Shown here in pieces: positions 1 to 9,832 of a stretch of 64,000 bases of DNA. The notes below the pieces were generated by a model, which had not been told where the DNA came from, made no database searches, and was given only the letters and a program-made list of their open reading frames with translations. Each line of letters begins with the position of its first letter. Positions within the stretch are counted from its first letter, which is position 1. The position numbers and the translations under genes are program-made. Origin of the DNA: Patescibacteria group bacterium (GTDB taxonomy: Bacteria; Patescibacteriota; Microgenomatia; UBA10105; UBA927); contig JBBTWJ010000003.1 in assembly GCA_038062895.1 (NCBI GenBank), positions 27,474-91,473 of the forward strand. Direction: 5' to 3'.

Positions 1-135
1 TCCTCGGGTAAAGAAGTAGTACGAATGATTAATTTCGTACTTCTGTAACGCCTCAATCAATAATTTTGTATACATCCCAACTCCCCGGTCCTTATGACCG
101 GAATATAAGGGAGAGACATCGATAGCTATATTCAT
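1..135 (-). CDS. GT4 family glycosyltransferase, N-terminus only (runs off the window)
   Basis: Manual translation from ATG at 135: MNIAIDVSPLYSGHKDRGVGMYTKLLIEALQK, a typical GT4 (MtfB-like) N-terminal IAID...GVGxY motif. Confidence 0.75.
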   Translation of the reverse strand, partial: MNIAIDVSPLYSGHKDRGVGMYTKLLIEALQKYEINHSYYFFTRG

Positions 136-153
136 AGAATGACTAGACAAAGG

Positions 154-232
154 ACAATAAACAATAAACTGTCCTAGCTCTGCTTATTGCTTATTGCTTA
201 TTGTTTATTGTTTATTGTTTATTGTTTATTGT
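154..232. repeat. Heptamer tandem repeat (TTATTGY)x7 at 184-232, with two inverted copies (ACAATAA)x2 at 154-167
   Basis: Read directly; the last two units encode the C-terminal NNKQ and the stop of CDS 219..1811. Confidence 0.9.
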
Positions 233-1811
233 TTTTCGACTTCCCTAACGAAATTATACCCCATGCAGCTAAACCGACCAAACATACCAATGACAGCAAG
301 TTAACCGCAACCCGCAGCGGGGTATCAAAAAAATTTGTCGTAATCAAATGAGTACCCGGGCTAAACGGGACACTGATCATCCCCTTTTCATCCGGCGTCA
401 CATCTAAGCTCTTGCCATCCACTACGACGTTCCAGCCGGGATAATACGCCACATGGATTCGTAGTTTTCCTCCCGAAGAAGAATCGACCTCCCCGACAAA
501 CTTCGTCATTCCTTCCTCTTTCATCGTGACCGATCCTTCTCCGGAAACTATTTCCATGCGCTTTGCGGGTCTCGCCGGCTGCCACGCCATCCAGGCGGTA
601 GAAAAACCATTGCCCAGCGATGACGTCCCATCCGTAAATTCGCGTCGCGAGAGATAGTATGCATCCGGCCGTGGGGCATAGAGTACCGGCTTGGTATAGG
701 AAAATGAAACAAGGCCCGCACATAATGCGACACTTATAGCAATAAAGGGCCATCGAATCCGGGAAAACATCGCTGCCGCTAAAAACGGTGTCACAACGAA
801 GCCCACGGATAATAACCGCCATGGATATTGAAGATTAGGAAGAAGCGGCACCTTCTCCCAAACCGGAATACTAATCTCCAGCATAAGAAATAATGCAACT
901 CCTGCCGCTCCAATAAAAAGTAACGCAAATCGTTCCTTACGCCAAAACAATACCGGCGAGACGAGAAGAATAAGCATAGGGATAAATCCTATTTGATAGG
1001 ACATTTCATCCAGTGCAAAACCAGGACCGGATAGGCCTGTACCCCATGAGGGAATGAGAAGCTGTGCCAATTCGGGAAAATGATCCTGATAATTGACGGT
1101 GTTCAGTCCCACCACATACCTCCTCTCGACGAGAGCGGGAACCCAAAAATATGAAGATAAGATTATCCCCATCACCACCGCAAGCGCCAATGATCTACCC
1201 GTCATCCACGCATACACGATAATGATGGGAAGAAAAATCATCGCGATGATATTATGGCTGACAATAATTCCAGCAATCGCAAAAGCCAAAAGCGTCTTTT
1301 TTTCATAAACGACACAAGACAAAGCAATAAAGACGAATGCGATGGCCAATACTTCCCCAATTGATCCCCGCACGAATATATCGACGAACCAATATGGCGT
1401 AAACGCGCCGATCACACTTCCGGCTACCGCAGGAATTGTTCCGTATAATCGTTTCAACCAATAATACGAAGCGATAATTGCGATGATATACCCCGCTGCC
1501 ATAGTCCACCGGAACGAATCTGCGAGACTCCAACCAAAAAGATGAAAAAGTGAGCCTATATAATTAGGCAACGGGTAAAAAAATGTAAAAAGAGGCACCC
1601 CGTACCCGCTATTTAAACCCGGCGCCCAACGTGGAAAAAAATTTCCTGCGTCAAGCATCCTGCCGAACTCATAAAAACGGATCAGATGATATTCACCATC
1701 ATGCGTCGGTAAAAACCCCGGCACGAAGAGGTAACGGATGGAAATCAAGCTGATCAGAAGAACGATAATCCATCCCACCCATTCGTATATTGGTATCGTA
1801 TTATGTTTCAT
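219..1811 (-). CDS. GT-C-type membrane protein, 6-pyruvoyl-tetrahydropterin synthase-related (PTPS-related) family
   Basis: THDGEYHLIR, PRWAPGLNSGYGVPLFTFFYP, VRGSIGE, QYPWR and YYPGW motifs; many TM segments; start moved to MKHN (1811), which makes an ATGA overlap. Confidence 0.8.
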   Translation of the reverse strand: MKHNTIPIYEWVGWIIVLLISLISIRYLFVPGFLPTHDGEYHLIRFYEFGRMLDAGNFFPRWAPGLNSGYGVPLFTFFYPLPNYIGSLFHLFGWSLADSFRWTMAAGYIIAIIASYYWLKRLYGTIPAVAGSVIGAFTPYWFVDIFVRGSIGEVLAIAFVFIALSCVVYEKKTLLAFAIAGIIVSHNIIAMIFLPIIIVYAWMTGRSLALAVVMGIILSSYFWVPALVERRYVVGLNTVNYQDHFPELAQLLIPSWGTGLSGPGFALDEMSYQIGFIPMLILLVSPVLFWRKERFALLFIGAAGVALFLMLEISIPVWEKVPLLPNLQYPWRLLSVGFVVTPFLAAAMFSRIRWPFIAISVALCAGLVSFSYTKPVLYAPRPDAYYLSRREFTDGTSSLGNGFSTAWMAWQPARPAKRMEIVSGEGSVTMKEEGMTKFVGEVDSSSGGKLRIHVAYYPGWNVVVDGKSLDVTPDEKGMISVPFSPGTHLITTNFFDTPLRVAVNLLSLVCLVGLAAWGIISLGKSKNNKQ

Positions 1812-3079
1812 TGCAATAATCGTATTCCGGTATAATTTACCCACAACGTGTACAGAAAAAACGGTACCATCCACCATCGTATTCTTCCGGCAGACCAGAA
1901 ATAAATCAGTATGATCAGAAGAAAAGAGAAATCAAGTGCGTAGCGGTATCCAAACTGCATCCACCCCGTGCTGTAGTAAAGAATGGTCGGCAACGCCGTC
2001 GCCGCAATTCCCAACCAAAGCGCCATAATAACATGCGTATACGTTCGCGTCTTTGACCAAACCCAAGGAAGTGTACAGAAAGCAAGAGCAAGAAGCGGAC
2101 TCAAAACAAAAATTGAATTACCGGCTAAATCGATATCGATGACCGGCCCTTTTTTCCAGAAAAAATGCGGCGATGCCACCGTCATATGCCACAGATTCCT
2201 AGGCGCATGGAAAACGGAAAACATGCCATATCGTTGTCTATTTCGGGCAAGATCCGGATCTTCCTGAATATATCGATATCCCGTCTCGAATGGATTACCA
2301 AATCTGGCAGCGTTGTAAAATAAAAAGAGAGCCGTCGTAAACATGATTGGCAATATTAACCATACAATTTTTCGTCGATCTGATGCATGCTGCTTCGTGT
2401 CATAGAGAAACAAAAAAAACGGAATAATAACAAGAAATACGAGTGTTGGTCGCCCAAGAAGGGTCAAGCTGCAACATGCAACGGAACATATATAGTCTGC
2501 TATCGATCGTTTCTTTTTAAGAATTACCGCTACGCCAAAAACCCCGATAAACGTTGAGACAGCTTGATTTACATACCAGACGCTCCCTACTGTCGAAACG
2601 TAAAACTGCATGGTACCGAACGCATAAAGAAACGTACCGAACAAAGGCATCCAGACTGATTGGCGAGGGAACCAATCGTCCCGCAAGCGCCGAAGTGCCC
2701 ACCACACCGTACCCACTGTGAGGCTTCCGAATAAAAGGCCCGTATAGATGGGAGGAACGAATCTGCCGCCCACAAGAAGCTGTAGCGGTATGTGAACAAG
2801 CGGCGCGAGCAAGCCCCAAGGGATATACCACCGGCCGTTATAGGAAATCAGATCATATGTCATTGGCGGATTGGGAATGTCCAACCGGAACGATCTCACG
2901 GAAAGTGCCATAGCATTGACATAGTCTATAACCCATGGTGGATGAAACGTCCATCCTGTCGCCATGCCAAAGTACAACACAAATACCACTGCGACGATCA
3001 CTGCCATAGGGATCAATTTACTTGCGGCCGCATATTTATTGATCCTTTTAAAGTTCATAGACTGTAATTGTTTCATCAC
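1808..3079 (-). CDS. Polytopic membrane protein, putative GT-C glycosyltransferase
   Basis: 423 aa, hydrophobic; YDLISYNGRWY loop, YNAARFGNPFETGY and GWMQFGYRYALDF motifs; start could be 3058. Confidence 0.6.
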   Translation of the reverse strand: MMKQLQSMNFKRINKYAAASKLIPMAVIVAVVFVLYFGMATGWTFHPPWVIDYVNAMALSVRSFRLDIPNPPMTYDLISYNGRWYIPWGLLAPLVHIPLQLLVGGRFVPPIYTGLLFGSLTVGTVWWALRRLRDDWFPRQSVWMPLFGTFLYAFGTMQFYVSTVGSVWYVNQAVSTFIGVFGVAVILKKKRSIADYICSVACCSLTLLGRPTLVFLVIIPFFLFLYDTKQHASDRRKIVWLILPIMFTTALFLFYNAARFGNPFETGYRYIQEDPDLARNRQRYGMFSVFHAPRNLWHMTVASPHFFWKKGPVIDIDLAGNSIFVLSPLLALAFCTLPWVWSKTRTYTHVIMALWLGIAATALPTILYYSTGWMQFGYRYALDFSFLLIILIYFWSAGRIRWWMVPFFLYTLWVNYTGIRLLQ

Positions 3080-4658
3080 TATAAACGACAGGCAATATAG
3101 ACTTTATTTTTTCTTCGTCAACGGTGTATGGGAAATCTTTCCTATCAATTGGGATAGCTATGTAATGAATATTCTGTTTCTTCATTTCGCCAATCGTACT
3201 GCGATGAACATTGCCTAACCACGTATCAATTTGTTTTCTTCTCCCCCAATAATCATATCCCATGACGGAAACGTAATATTCCAAACCAAGATAATTCTTG
3301 CGGCCTGCGATGGCAATAGGATCATAAAGCGCGTGCTTGGAAATAAATATGCTGGATGGATCAGTCTCTATCTCTACCCATCGGGAAAAATTGCTCCGTC
3401 CAACATCGTCAATCATTGTTTGATAATCATTTTTCACGACCATCAGATTAAATAATCCTGAAGCTATTAGGATGACGAAAGCACTTGTCCCAATAATTTT
3501 CCATAGAACCCCGCGCATCCGCCACCAAGCCACCAATAAGTTTGCTATGAAAGGGAGCCATAAAACCGTCGCATAATTAATAAGTGAATGATTATGTTCG
3601 ATGCGGTAGCTGATCTGCAATGTATTGGCGAGGATAAATAGTATACCCGCTCCGATCATCAGGCGCCGGCCGATCGCATTCGTTACCACCCAGGATAAGG
3701 GCATCAATACTACGAGAAGACCAAGATTGTAAATCCAAAACCAACCCCAGGAATCCATAGAAAACGGCCGCGGCGCCAGATACCCGGGATTCCAAAGTTG
3801 AGGTACTCCAACTGCGGATCTCATTGAAAAAATCCCTATGAGATGCGGTGCAGATGCGAGGACTGCCGCCCCCGCAAACAAGAGTAACGCTCTTGTTCTT
3901 TTTCCAAAAAGAAGGATGATTACTGAAATTCCGGTCGCCACGGCGATCACGAGGTGGACTCTGGTTGCAAATCCGATCACAATACCCACGAATATCCATC
4001 GCATATTCGATGTCCGCTTGTTTTCCTGAAGCCATCTAACGGTCATCCAGATGACCAATACCGCAATAGCCATACCGACGACAAGGTGACGTTGGTTAAG
4101 ATACGGCGCAAGCGTCGCATAGATAGTTATGACCGATCCATCAAACGGCCCCTGGTGGAGATAATCCGGATATCGCCAAAATCCGGTAAAAAATGAAAAA
4201 TCCTTTGGCGCCAGTCTTAAAATCTCGACAAATGAGAAATTGCTCGGTAAAAGAAAAAAAGCGATAGACAGCAAACCCGCTATTCGTGATCCATGAGATA
4301 CTAATCCCGTCAACCGATACAAACCATACAGCAGTACGGTCAGCGCAACAGCACTTACTCCATTGAGCGCATAGTCAATTCGTATCCCCTGCCCAACCAT
4401 CTGCCCTACGAGCCAATCAATTGCATAGTGATATACCAAAGGCTTTCCCGGAAAAAATGGTGACTGGGCAGGGACGTTTTTACCCCATGCAAATGACCGG
4501 ATGAGGCTAATATGAAGCCCGAAATCTCCTACTTCGTGACGGGCTACACGGAATTGGGACGCACCGGTATCGTAACCGAAACTCTTCGCCATAAGCCACC
4601 AGGAAAAGATCAAAAGCGCCGAAACGAGGATGATGTCAATGAAGGCGTGTTTTACCAT
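3048..4658 (-). CDS. Polytopic membrane protein, putative GT-C glycosyltransferase
   Basis: First external loop GDFGLHISLIRSF...SPFFPGKPLVYHY, multiple TMs, soluble C-terminal domain; similar in layout to 24608..26590. Confidence 0.6.
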   Translation of the reverse strand: MVKHAFIDIILVSALLIFSWWLMAKSFGYDTGASQFRVARHEVGDFGLHISLIRSFAWGKNVPAQSPFFPGKPLVYHYAIDWLVGQMVGQGIRIDYALNGVSAVALTVLLYGLYRLTGLVSHGSRIAGLLSIAFFLLPSNFSFVEILRLAPKDFSFFTGFWRYPDYLHQGPFDGSVITIYATLAPYLNQRHLVVGMAIAVLVIWMTVRWLQENKRTSNMRWIFVGIVIGFATRVHLVIAVATGISVIILLFGKRTRALLLFAGAAVLASAPHLIGIFSMRSAVGVPQLWNPGYLAPRPFSMDSWGWFWIYNLGLLVVLMPLSWVVTNAIGRRLMIGAGILFILANTLQISYRIEHNHSLINYATVLWLPFIANLLVAWWRMRGVLWKIIGTSAFVILIASGLFNLMVVKNDYQTMIDDVGRSNFSRWVEIETDPSSIFISKHALYDPIAIAGRKNYLGLEYYVSVMGYDYWGRRKQIDTWLGNVHRSTIGEMKKQNIHYIAIPIDRKDFPYTVDEEKIKSILPVVYSDETITVYEL

Positions 4659-5748
4659 ACATAAGGGTACTGACTAAAGCCGGCACAAACGTCACTATTT
4701 TTTTAATCAACGGGGTCATGCCGCCCCAGGAACGGGTGTAAAAAAACGGCACAATCCGCAAACTTAGCCCCAATGAAAACCCGTATGATGCCGCGTAGAG
4801 CACGGTGGGCTTATCCACAAGAGCCAGAAACGTAAGCGGCCAAATGAAGTACCACGCATACATTTCTTCCCGAAAGGGCGATAAAAAGAAAATCATATAC
4901 ATAGCGATACTTGCCCAATACCACACCCGGGACGGCGGAAGTGGTCTCTTATTCCACACTGAATACAGAAACCACAATAATACGGGTACCAGAAAAAGCG
5001 TTGCTCCTTTAATGAAGATGGAACCAATGAGTAATACTATTCCCATCACAAACTTGCGGCGCTTTATACATAAAAACGATGCGAGCGCCAGAGTCATCAT
5101 GACCACGTCATTATGTCCGTCAACGAGTGTCGAGAGGACCACTAACGGATTGAGCGCAAAAAACGCAAGGGCCCACGGCTTCTTCTGTGAAGCTATCCAG
5201 ATGAGGTAACAAAGGACGAGATACCAAAATACGATAAAAATTTTGAATGTAAATAATGTAAGCAATAGATTTCCGAACCCCATGAAATGCGGTATACCGG
5301 TCAATACAATCCATACCGGACCATAGAGCGCTACCTTATTTGCCGCGTGCAGAAACGAAAAACTCGGCTCGCCGGACAGATCGATAGGCATGATGATGTA
5401 TGGGTTCTCCCGATAGAAAAATGTGACTTTGGCTGTCGCAATGTAATTAAAAATATCGTTTGACAGAGCCGGATAGGACCACATGAGGATAACGACGGTG
5501 GCAACAATCGCCAACCAAACATGTTTTGAAGTCAACAATCCCTTTTTGATGCTATGTAATATCCAAACATACCATCCAAAGAGAGCTACAACACTTGCGG
5601 TATACCATGCAGTCGGATAGAGAGTCTTGAAATAAATAATAGGCTGAAGTGAAACGATGTGGGGCAAAGACGAATTTGCATCGACAAATCCCCAGGAAAT
5701 AATGGTAAAAACGATCAAAACAAGCCCATAAAACAAATTTAATGCCAT
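4636..5748 (-). CDS. Polyprenol-phosphomannose-dependent alpha-mannosyltransferase, MptA/MptB-like (GT-C)
   Basis: SNDIFNY, ENPY, YGPVW, LNPLV and GHND motifs; start moved to MALN (5748). Confidence 0.7.
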   Translation of the reverse strand: MALNLFYGLVLIVFTIISWGFVDANSSLPHIVSLQPIIYFKTLYPTAWYTASVVALFGWYVWILHSIKKGLLTSKHVWLAIVATVVILMWSYPALSNDIFNYIATAKVTFFYRENPYIIMPIDLSGEPSFSFLHAANKVALYGPVWIVLTGIPHFMGFGNLLLTLFTFKIFIVFWYLVLCYLIWIASQKKPWALAFFALNPLVVLSTLVDGHNDVVMMTLALASFLCIKRRKFVMGIVLLIGSIFIKGATLFLVPVLLWFLYSVWNKRPLPPSRVWYWASIAMYMIFFLSPFREEMYAWYFIWPLTFLALVDKPTVLYAASYGFSLGLSLRIVPFFYTRSWGGMTPLIKKIVTFVPALVSTLMYGKTRLH

Positions 5749-6872
5749 ATTTTTCGTAATCCCCACCGGAGAATCCAAACCCCTACGATATATGAAACAG
5801 GAAACAACGGCAGAAAAAATCGGGATGAAACCACGCCGAGAGAGAGAAAGGCGCTCATAACCATAAACCATACTATCAGCAGCGAAACCGGATCCTTCAT
5901 CGAAATTTTACGGGACGCAAAAAGCCCAATTGCTATCCACCCCAATACCGTGCTTACCGGCCATGTCCATCGCCAGTCGTCGGCTGAAAGGATACGCATA
6001 TCACCCCACCACGCCTGCCATTGATTAAAAAAAAGAAAAGGCCATACGGAAAAAGGAAATATAAGCTTGCTTTGCTGATACAAAAAAATCCACTTCTGAA
6101 ATCCAATAAATTCGGCAATCGTATATCCGCTCATAAAAGTTCTCGTATAGGAAGCCACAAAAATAATACCGGAAATACTCAACCATAGACTTAACCGCAC
6201 TATCTGCTTCCATTGACGCTGCAAACCAAGAAACGCCATAAACGTAGCGACCAGTAAAATCGCAGGAACCACGGTCTTCGTCGCCATAACCAGTCCAATC
6301 ATAACTGCGGTTACAAAAAATGACCTTCGAGACCTCTCCCATAAAAATGCCGCAATAGCAAATAATAACCACGGAAGCTGAATGATATCTAAAAGCGGGG
6401 CAATACGAATTTGACCCAAAAAAAGAGGCTCTGTCGTAAGGACCGCCACAGGAATAAGCGCCGCTACCTTATCTTTAAGCGTCATTGAGCCGATGATCCA
6501 GACCGCCACTAGCGTGAGTATAGCGCTTGGCAACACGATAAACTTGTCATTTTTCATGACAAGAATAAAGAGACCGATCATATATTTACCAAGCGGTGTG
6601 TGCTCAGAATTAATAAGGATGGGATCGACACCCCGGATATAGGCTCCTGCTGCGTAACTAAAAACCGTCTCATCGGGAATAATCCCTGCGTTTTCTTTCC
6701 TGCGGTACTGCGACCCGTCATACGCTTCCCGAAACCCCTTATACATATCATCGGTGTAATACCCAGATGTATACCCCACCCATAAAGGACTGATCGTCTG
6801 TATCAGCGTTAGAACCGTAATTCCCAATAACATCAACGCGACGAGTGTTCGCAATGGAATAAATCTTTTCAT
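5739..6872 (-). CDS. PMT/GT39-like membrane glycosyltransferase (protein O-mannosyltransferase-like)
   Basis: PDETVF and NSEHTPLGKY motifs resemble the PMT DE...HPPLGK signature; multi-TM. Confidence 0.65.
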   Translation of the reverse strand: MKRFIPLRTLVALMLLGITVLTLIQTISPLWVGYTSGYYTDDMYKGFREAYDGSQYRRKENAGIIPDETVFSYAAGAYIRGVDPILINSEHTPLGKYMIGLFILVMKNDKFIVLPSAILTLVAVWIIGSMTLKDKVAALIPVAVLTTEPLFLGQIRIAPLLDIIQLPWLLFAIAAFLWERSRRSFFVTAVMIGLVMATKTVVPAILLVATFMAFLGLQRQWKQIVRLSLWLSISGIIFVASYTRTFMSGYTIAEFIGFQKWIFLYQQSKLIFPFSVWPFLFFNQWQAWWGDMRILSADDWRWTWPVSTVLGWIAIGLFASRKISMKDPVSLLIVWFMVMSAFLSLGVVSSRFFLPLFPVSYIVGVWILRWGLRKIWH

Positions 6873-7417
6873 GGAAGTTTAGGTAACGCGTCACTGCGGA
6901 TACGCTCTGCTTCAGAGAGCGCTGCATGTAAGCCAAGCACTTGAGGAGCTTTTTTCTCCGGAGTCCAAGTAAACTCTTCAGGTACATCCTTTTTGATCTT
7001 AACAATCAACCGCTTGTGCTCTTCCAGTGCCGCCATAAACTCCTGTTTATATTTCTCTATATTCTTTCCTTCATCCCTAGCCTGTCTCAAGGAAACGGAA
7101 ACGCGCGGAAGAGCAATATTGGATCGCTCAAGGGCGTCAAGCGCCAATAGGTATTGGTTATACTCGAAGAGTATTTTGGCTTCCACTAGCGCTTTATCTG
7201 ACTGTTCCAACTCATACCGGTATGAAGCCAAGTTCCCCCAATACCAATATTTCTTCGCTTCATCAATTACCCGGGAGACGCGATACAGTTTATTCCCGGG
7301 CATGTAGGAGGGATAGGGCAAGACATAAGCGGCGGTGACTTTCTGCAGGGGTAGATAGCAGATAACAGATAACAGAAAGCAGAAAGAAAGCAATAATAAT
7401 TTTCTTTTATTATTCAT
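6869..7417 (-). CDS. Exported helical protein (DUF5667-like)
   Basis: Signal peptide, then YVLPYPSYMPGNKLY; helical charged remainder. Confidence 0.55.
   Translation of the reverse strand: MNNKRKLLLLSFCFLLSVICYLPLQKVTAAYVLPYPSYMPGNKLYRVSRVIDEAKKYWYWGNLASYRYELEQSDKALVEAKILFEYNQYLLALDALERSNIALPRVSVSLRQARDEGKNIEKYKQEFMAALEEHKRLIVKIKKDVPEEFTWTPEKKAPQVLGLHAALSEAERIRSDALPKLP
7354..7388. repeat. Degenerate heptamer repeat x5 (GATAACA/GAAAGCA) in the signal-peptide coding region
   Basis: gatagca gataaca gataaca gaaagca gaaagaa, encoding LSFCFLLSVICY. Confidence 0.75.
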
Positions 7418-8184
7418 GATCGTTGTTGATTTTTAATATAGCGCATATATGCTAAAGGGTGATGCAACGCTGAAAATAAAGCGAAGAGAAATCCCCAATA
7501 CCCGTCAACAAACCCTTTGTGCCGCATGAATATGGAAAAAAATGTTACGACCGGTTTGAAAAAGTTGTACTCCACATACGTTAATAAGTTCAACGGTAAT
7601 TTTTTTTCTTTATACTCTTGCGCCGTCAACGAAATATACGCATTTGCCTTTCTCCAGTAATCTCCAATCGAACCGTATGGATAATGTAGCAACGGGTTGT
7701 TGAGATGCCCCACTTTTCCGTCAACCACAATCTGTTCGTGGACGCTCTTACAGGGAAAATGCGCACTTCCCCGCCTGATAAGCCGGATGAGATAATCCGG
7801 ATACTGACCGCCTTTACTTAACCACCGTCCACAGAAAAAATTCTTTCTTGGAATAAAATATCCCTTATCTGTTATCTGTTGTCTGTTATCTGTTATCTGT
7901 CGAATCTCTTTTGCAAGCTCTGGCGTCACTACCTCATCAGCGTCAAGCTGGAGAATCCAGTCTCCTTTACACGCTTCTAGCGCTTTTTGCTTGTTGATGT
8001 GAAAAATAGGCGGATTATCCGTCTGTATAATACGGGCTTTATACTTGGCAGCTGTCTCAAGGGTTCGGTCGACCGATCCTCCATCCACAAGAACAATCTC
8101 ATCGGTCCACGATACGATAGAAGCTAAACAAGCATCAAGCTTCTTTTCTTCGTTATATGTGGCGATAGCGACGGAAAGTTTCAT
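7414..8184 (-). CDS. GT2 glycosyltransferase (WaaE/KdtX/LgtF-like beta-1,4-glucosyltransferase family)
   Basis: LSVAIATYNEE, VDGGSVD, WILQLDADE, YPDY and VHE motifs. Confidence 0.85.
   Translation of the reverse strand: MKLSVAIATYNEEKKLDACLASIVSWTDEIVLVDGGSVDRTLETAAKYKARIIQTDNPPIFHINKQKALEACKGDWILQLDADEVVTPELAKEIRQITDNRQQITDKGYFIPRKNFFCGRWLSKGGQYPDYLIRLIRRGSAHFPCKSVHEQIVVDGKVGHLNNPLLHYPYGSIGDYWRKANAYISLTAQEYKEKKLPLNLLTYVEYNFFKPVVTFFSIFMRHKGFVDGYWGFLFALFSALHHPLAYMRYIKNQQRS
7864..7898. repeat. Heptamer repeat (GTTATCT)x5, in frame in a GT2 gene
   Basis: cttatct gttatct gttgtct gttatct gttatct, encoding QITDNRQQITDK. Confidence 0.85.
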
Positions 8185-9827
8185 AATGAACGACCTTTTT
8201 TACGTTGAAAAAACACAGTGAAAAGCAAAATGATTAAACCTCCTAGGCTCAATAAGTTTGCCGCCATGCGTAGTTTCGTTTCTCCGAAGCGTACTACAAC
8301 ACGGTGGTCTCCCGCGGAAGTCTGAAACGTCATGAGTCCACGATAATTAGGATCCTGGTAAATAAGATCACGGACAAGATCCAGAGGCCTCCCGTCTACG
8401 AATACCTCCCACCCGGGAAAATACAATGTATTCTCGAGAATTCTTACATCCGTTGCCGCACTCACCACAAACTCATGACGCGTACTACTGCGGTGACCAG
8501 AAAGAATGGTTCCCTGTCCTTCAATAACTTCGTATTGAGCGAGCGGCCGATGCTCCATAAAGCGTATGGACCAAATAGGGCTGCTCTCGCCCGTGTCCGT
8601 GGTTCCTTCATAAATATCGCTGTAATATGCATCCGGCTTGACGATATATTCTGGTGCGCGCCACATAGGTACCGTGGATACCACGATAACGGACAATAAA
8701 CAAAAAACAGTAAACACGCGGAGTCGCTTTGGAATGTACGCGACAGTGATTGCACCCACAACAGATGAAAGAATCACCGTTACGGTTAACAGTCTCCATG
8801 GAAATTGAAATTTTTGTAAGAGCGTTACGGTATTCCATACAATTTTTGATCCATCCGTCATCAGCCATAACGTCACCAAAATACACACCAATGCGCCCCC
8901 CACGAACCATCGCACGAAACGCACTTTGGTGCGAAAAAATAAGATAAGCGCGGCCGAGATGCTCACCCACTGCGGAAGCCCCAACGCTTTCGTAAACTCT
9001 TGGCCTCCGCCATAGTTCCAGGGCGATATAAAAAACCATTGCCACGGGACAAACCGGTCAGTAAAGTCTCCCTTCGTCACGATGTCCCGAAGCGTATATT
9101 TACCTTCAAAAAATGCCGGTATCCAGAAGAAAGCGCTTAAGACAAAACCGAGTAGTGAATAGTGAGTAGTGAGTAGTAAAAAGCGAGAGGAACGCTTGGA
9201 TTCAAATACATATAAATATATTGTATATCCTATTATTAATGGCAATACCATGATGGCGATAGCATTATGGGACAAAAGTAGCCCTGCCATCGCCAGCGCG
9301 GTAATCACTCCGCCCGATTTGCTCTGATGATTTCTTGCTAAAGTGAGTAAACCATAAAAAATAAGCGGTGGAAAAATAAATGCGACGTGCTCCCCTATCG
9401 CCCCGCGTACATACAGATCAACGAACCGGTAGGGAGCAAAACCATAGAGTATGGCGGCAGCAAATCCGGGGACTGCTCCCCATGCAGCCCGCGCAAACAC
9501 ATACATCGCCAGCATGCTTACCACAAAGGAAACTACAAAGACGAGCTTCGTGCTATCGACAAACGAAAATCCTATCGCATGAAATAGTGACGCTATATAA
9601 GAAGGAAAGGGATAAAGAAACATGAGGATTGGATGCCCATATCCCCAGTTTAGGTTACCCGCCCAACGGGGGATAAGATTTCCTTCAGAAAGCGACGTAT
9701 AAAAATTGGCAATCCGGGCGACGTGATCGGGCGTATCATGCCCCCTGGGGAGTCCAGGGTGAAGAAGATCAAATAATGGCAATAATGCAATCACTACGAG
9801 AACAACAATGAGTATTCGTGCTTTCAT
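8181..9827 (-). CDS. GT-C-type membrane protein, PTPS-related family
   Basis: HDTPDHVAR, PRWAGNLNWGYGHP, YVRGAIGE, QFPWR and YFPGW motifs. Confidence 0.8.
   Translation of the reverse strand: MKARILIVVLVVIALLPLFDLLHPGLPRGHDTPDHVARIANFYTSLSEGNLIPRWAGNLNWGYGHPILMFLYPFPSYIASLFHAIGFSFVDSTKLVFVVSFVVSMLAMYVFARAAWGAVPGFAAAILYGFAPYRFVDLYVRGAIGEHVAFIFPPLIFYGLLTLARNHQSKSGGVITALAMAGLLLSHNAIAIMVLPLIIGYTIYLYVFESKRSSRFLLLTTHYSLLGFVLSAFFWIPAFFEGKYTLRDIVTKGDFTDRFVPWQWFFISPWNYGGGQEFTKALGLPQWVSISAALILFFRTKVRFVRWFVGGALVCILVTLWLMTDGSKIVWNTVTLLQKFQFPWRLLTVTVILSSVVGAITVAYIPKRLRVFTVFCLLSVIVVSTVPMWRAPEYIVKPDAYYSDIYEGTTDTGESSPIWSIRFMEHRPLAQYEVIEGQGTILSGHRSSTRHEFVVSAATDVRILENTLYFPGWEVFVDGRPLDLVRDLIYQDPNYRGLMTFQTSAGDHRVVVRFGETKLRMAANLLSLGGLIILLFTVFFQRKKGRSL
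9150..9177. repeat. Heptamer repeat (GAGTAGT)x4 inside a CDS
   Basis: gagtagt gaatagt gagtagt gagtagt, encoding LLTTHYSLL. Confidence 0.85.
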
Positions 9828-9832
9828 AAAGA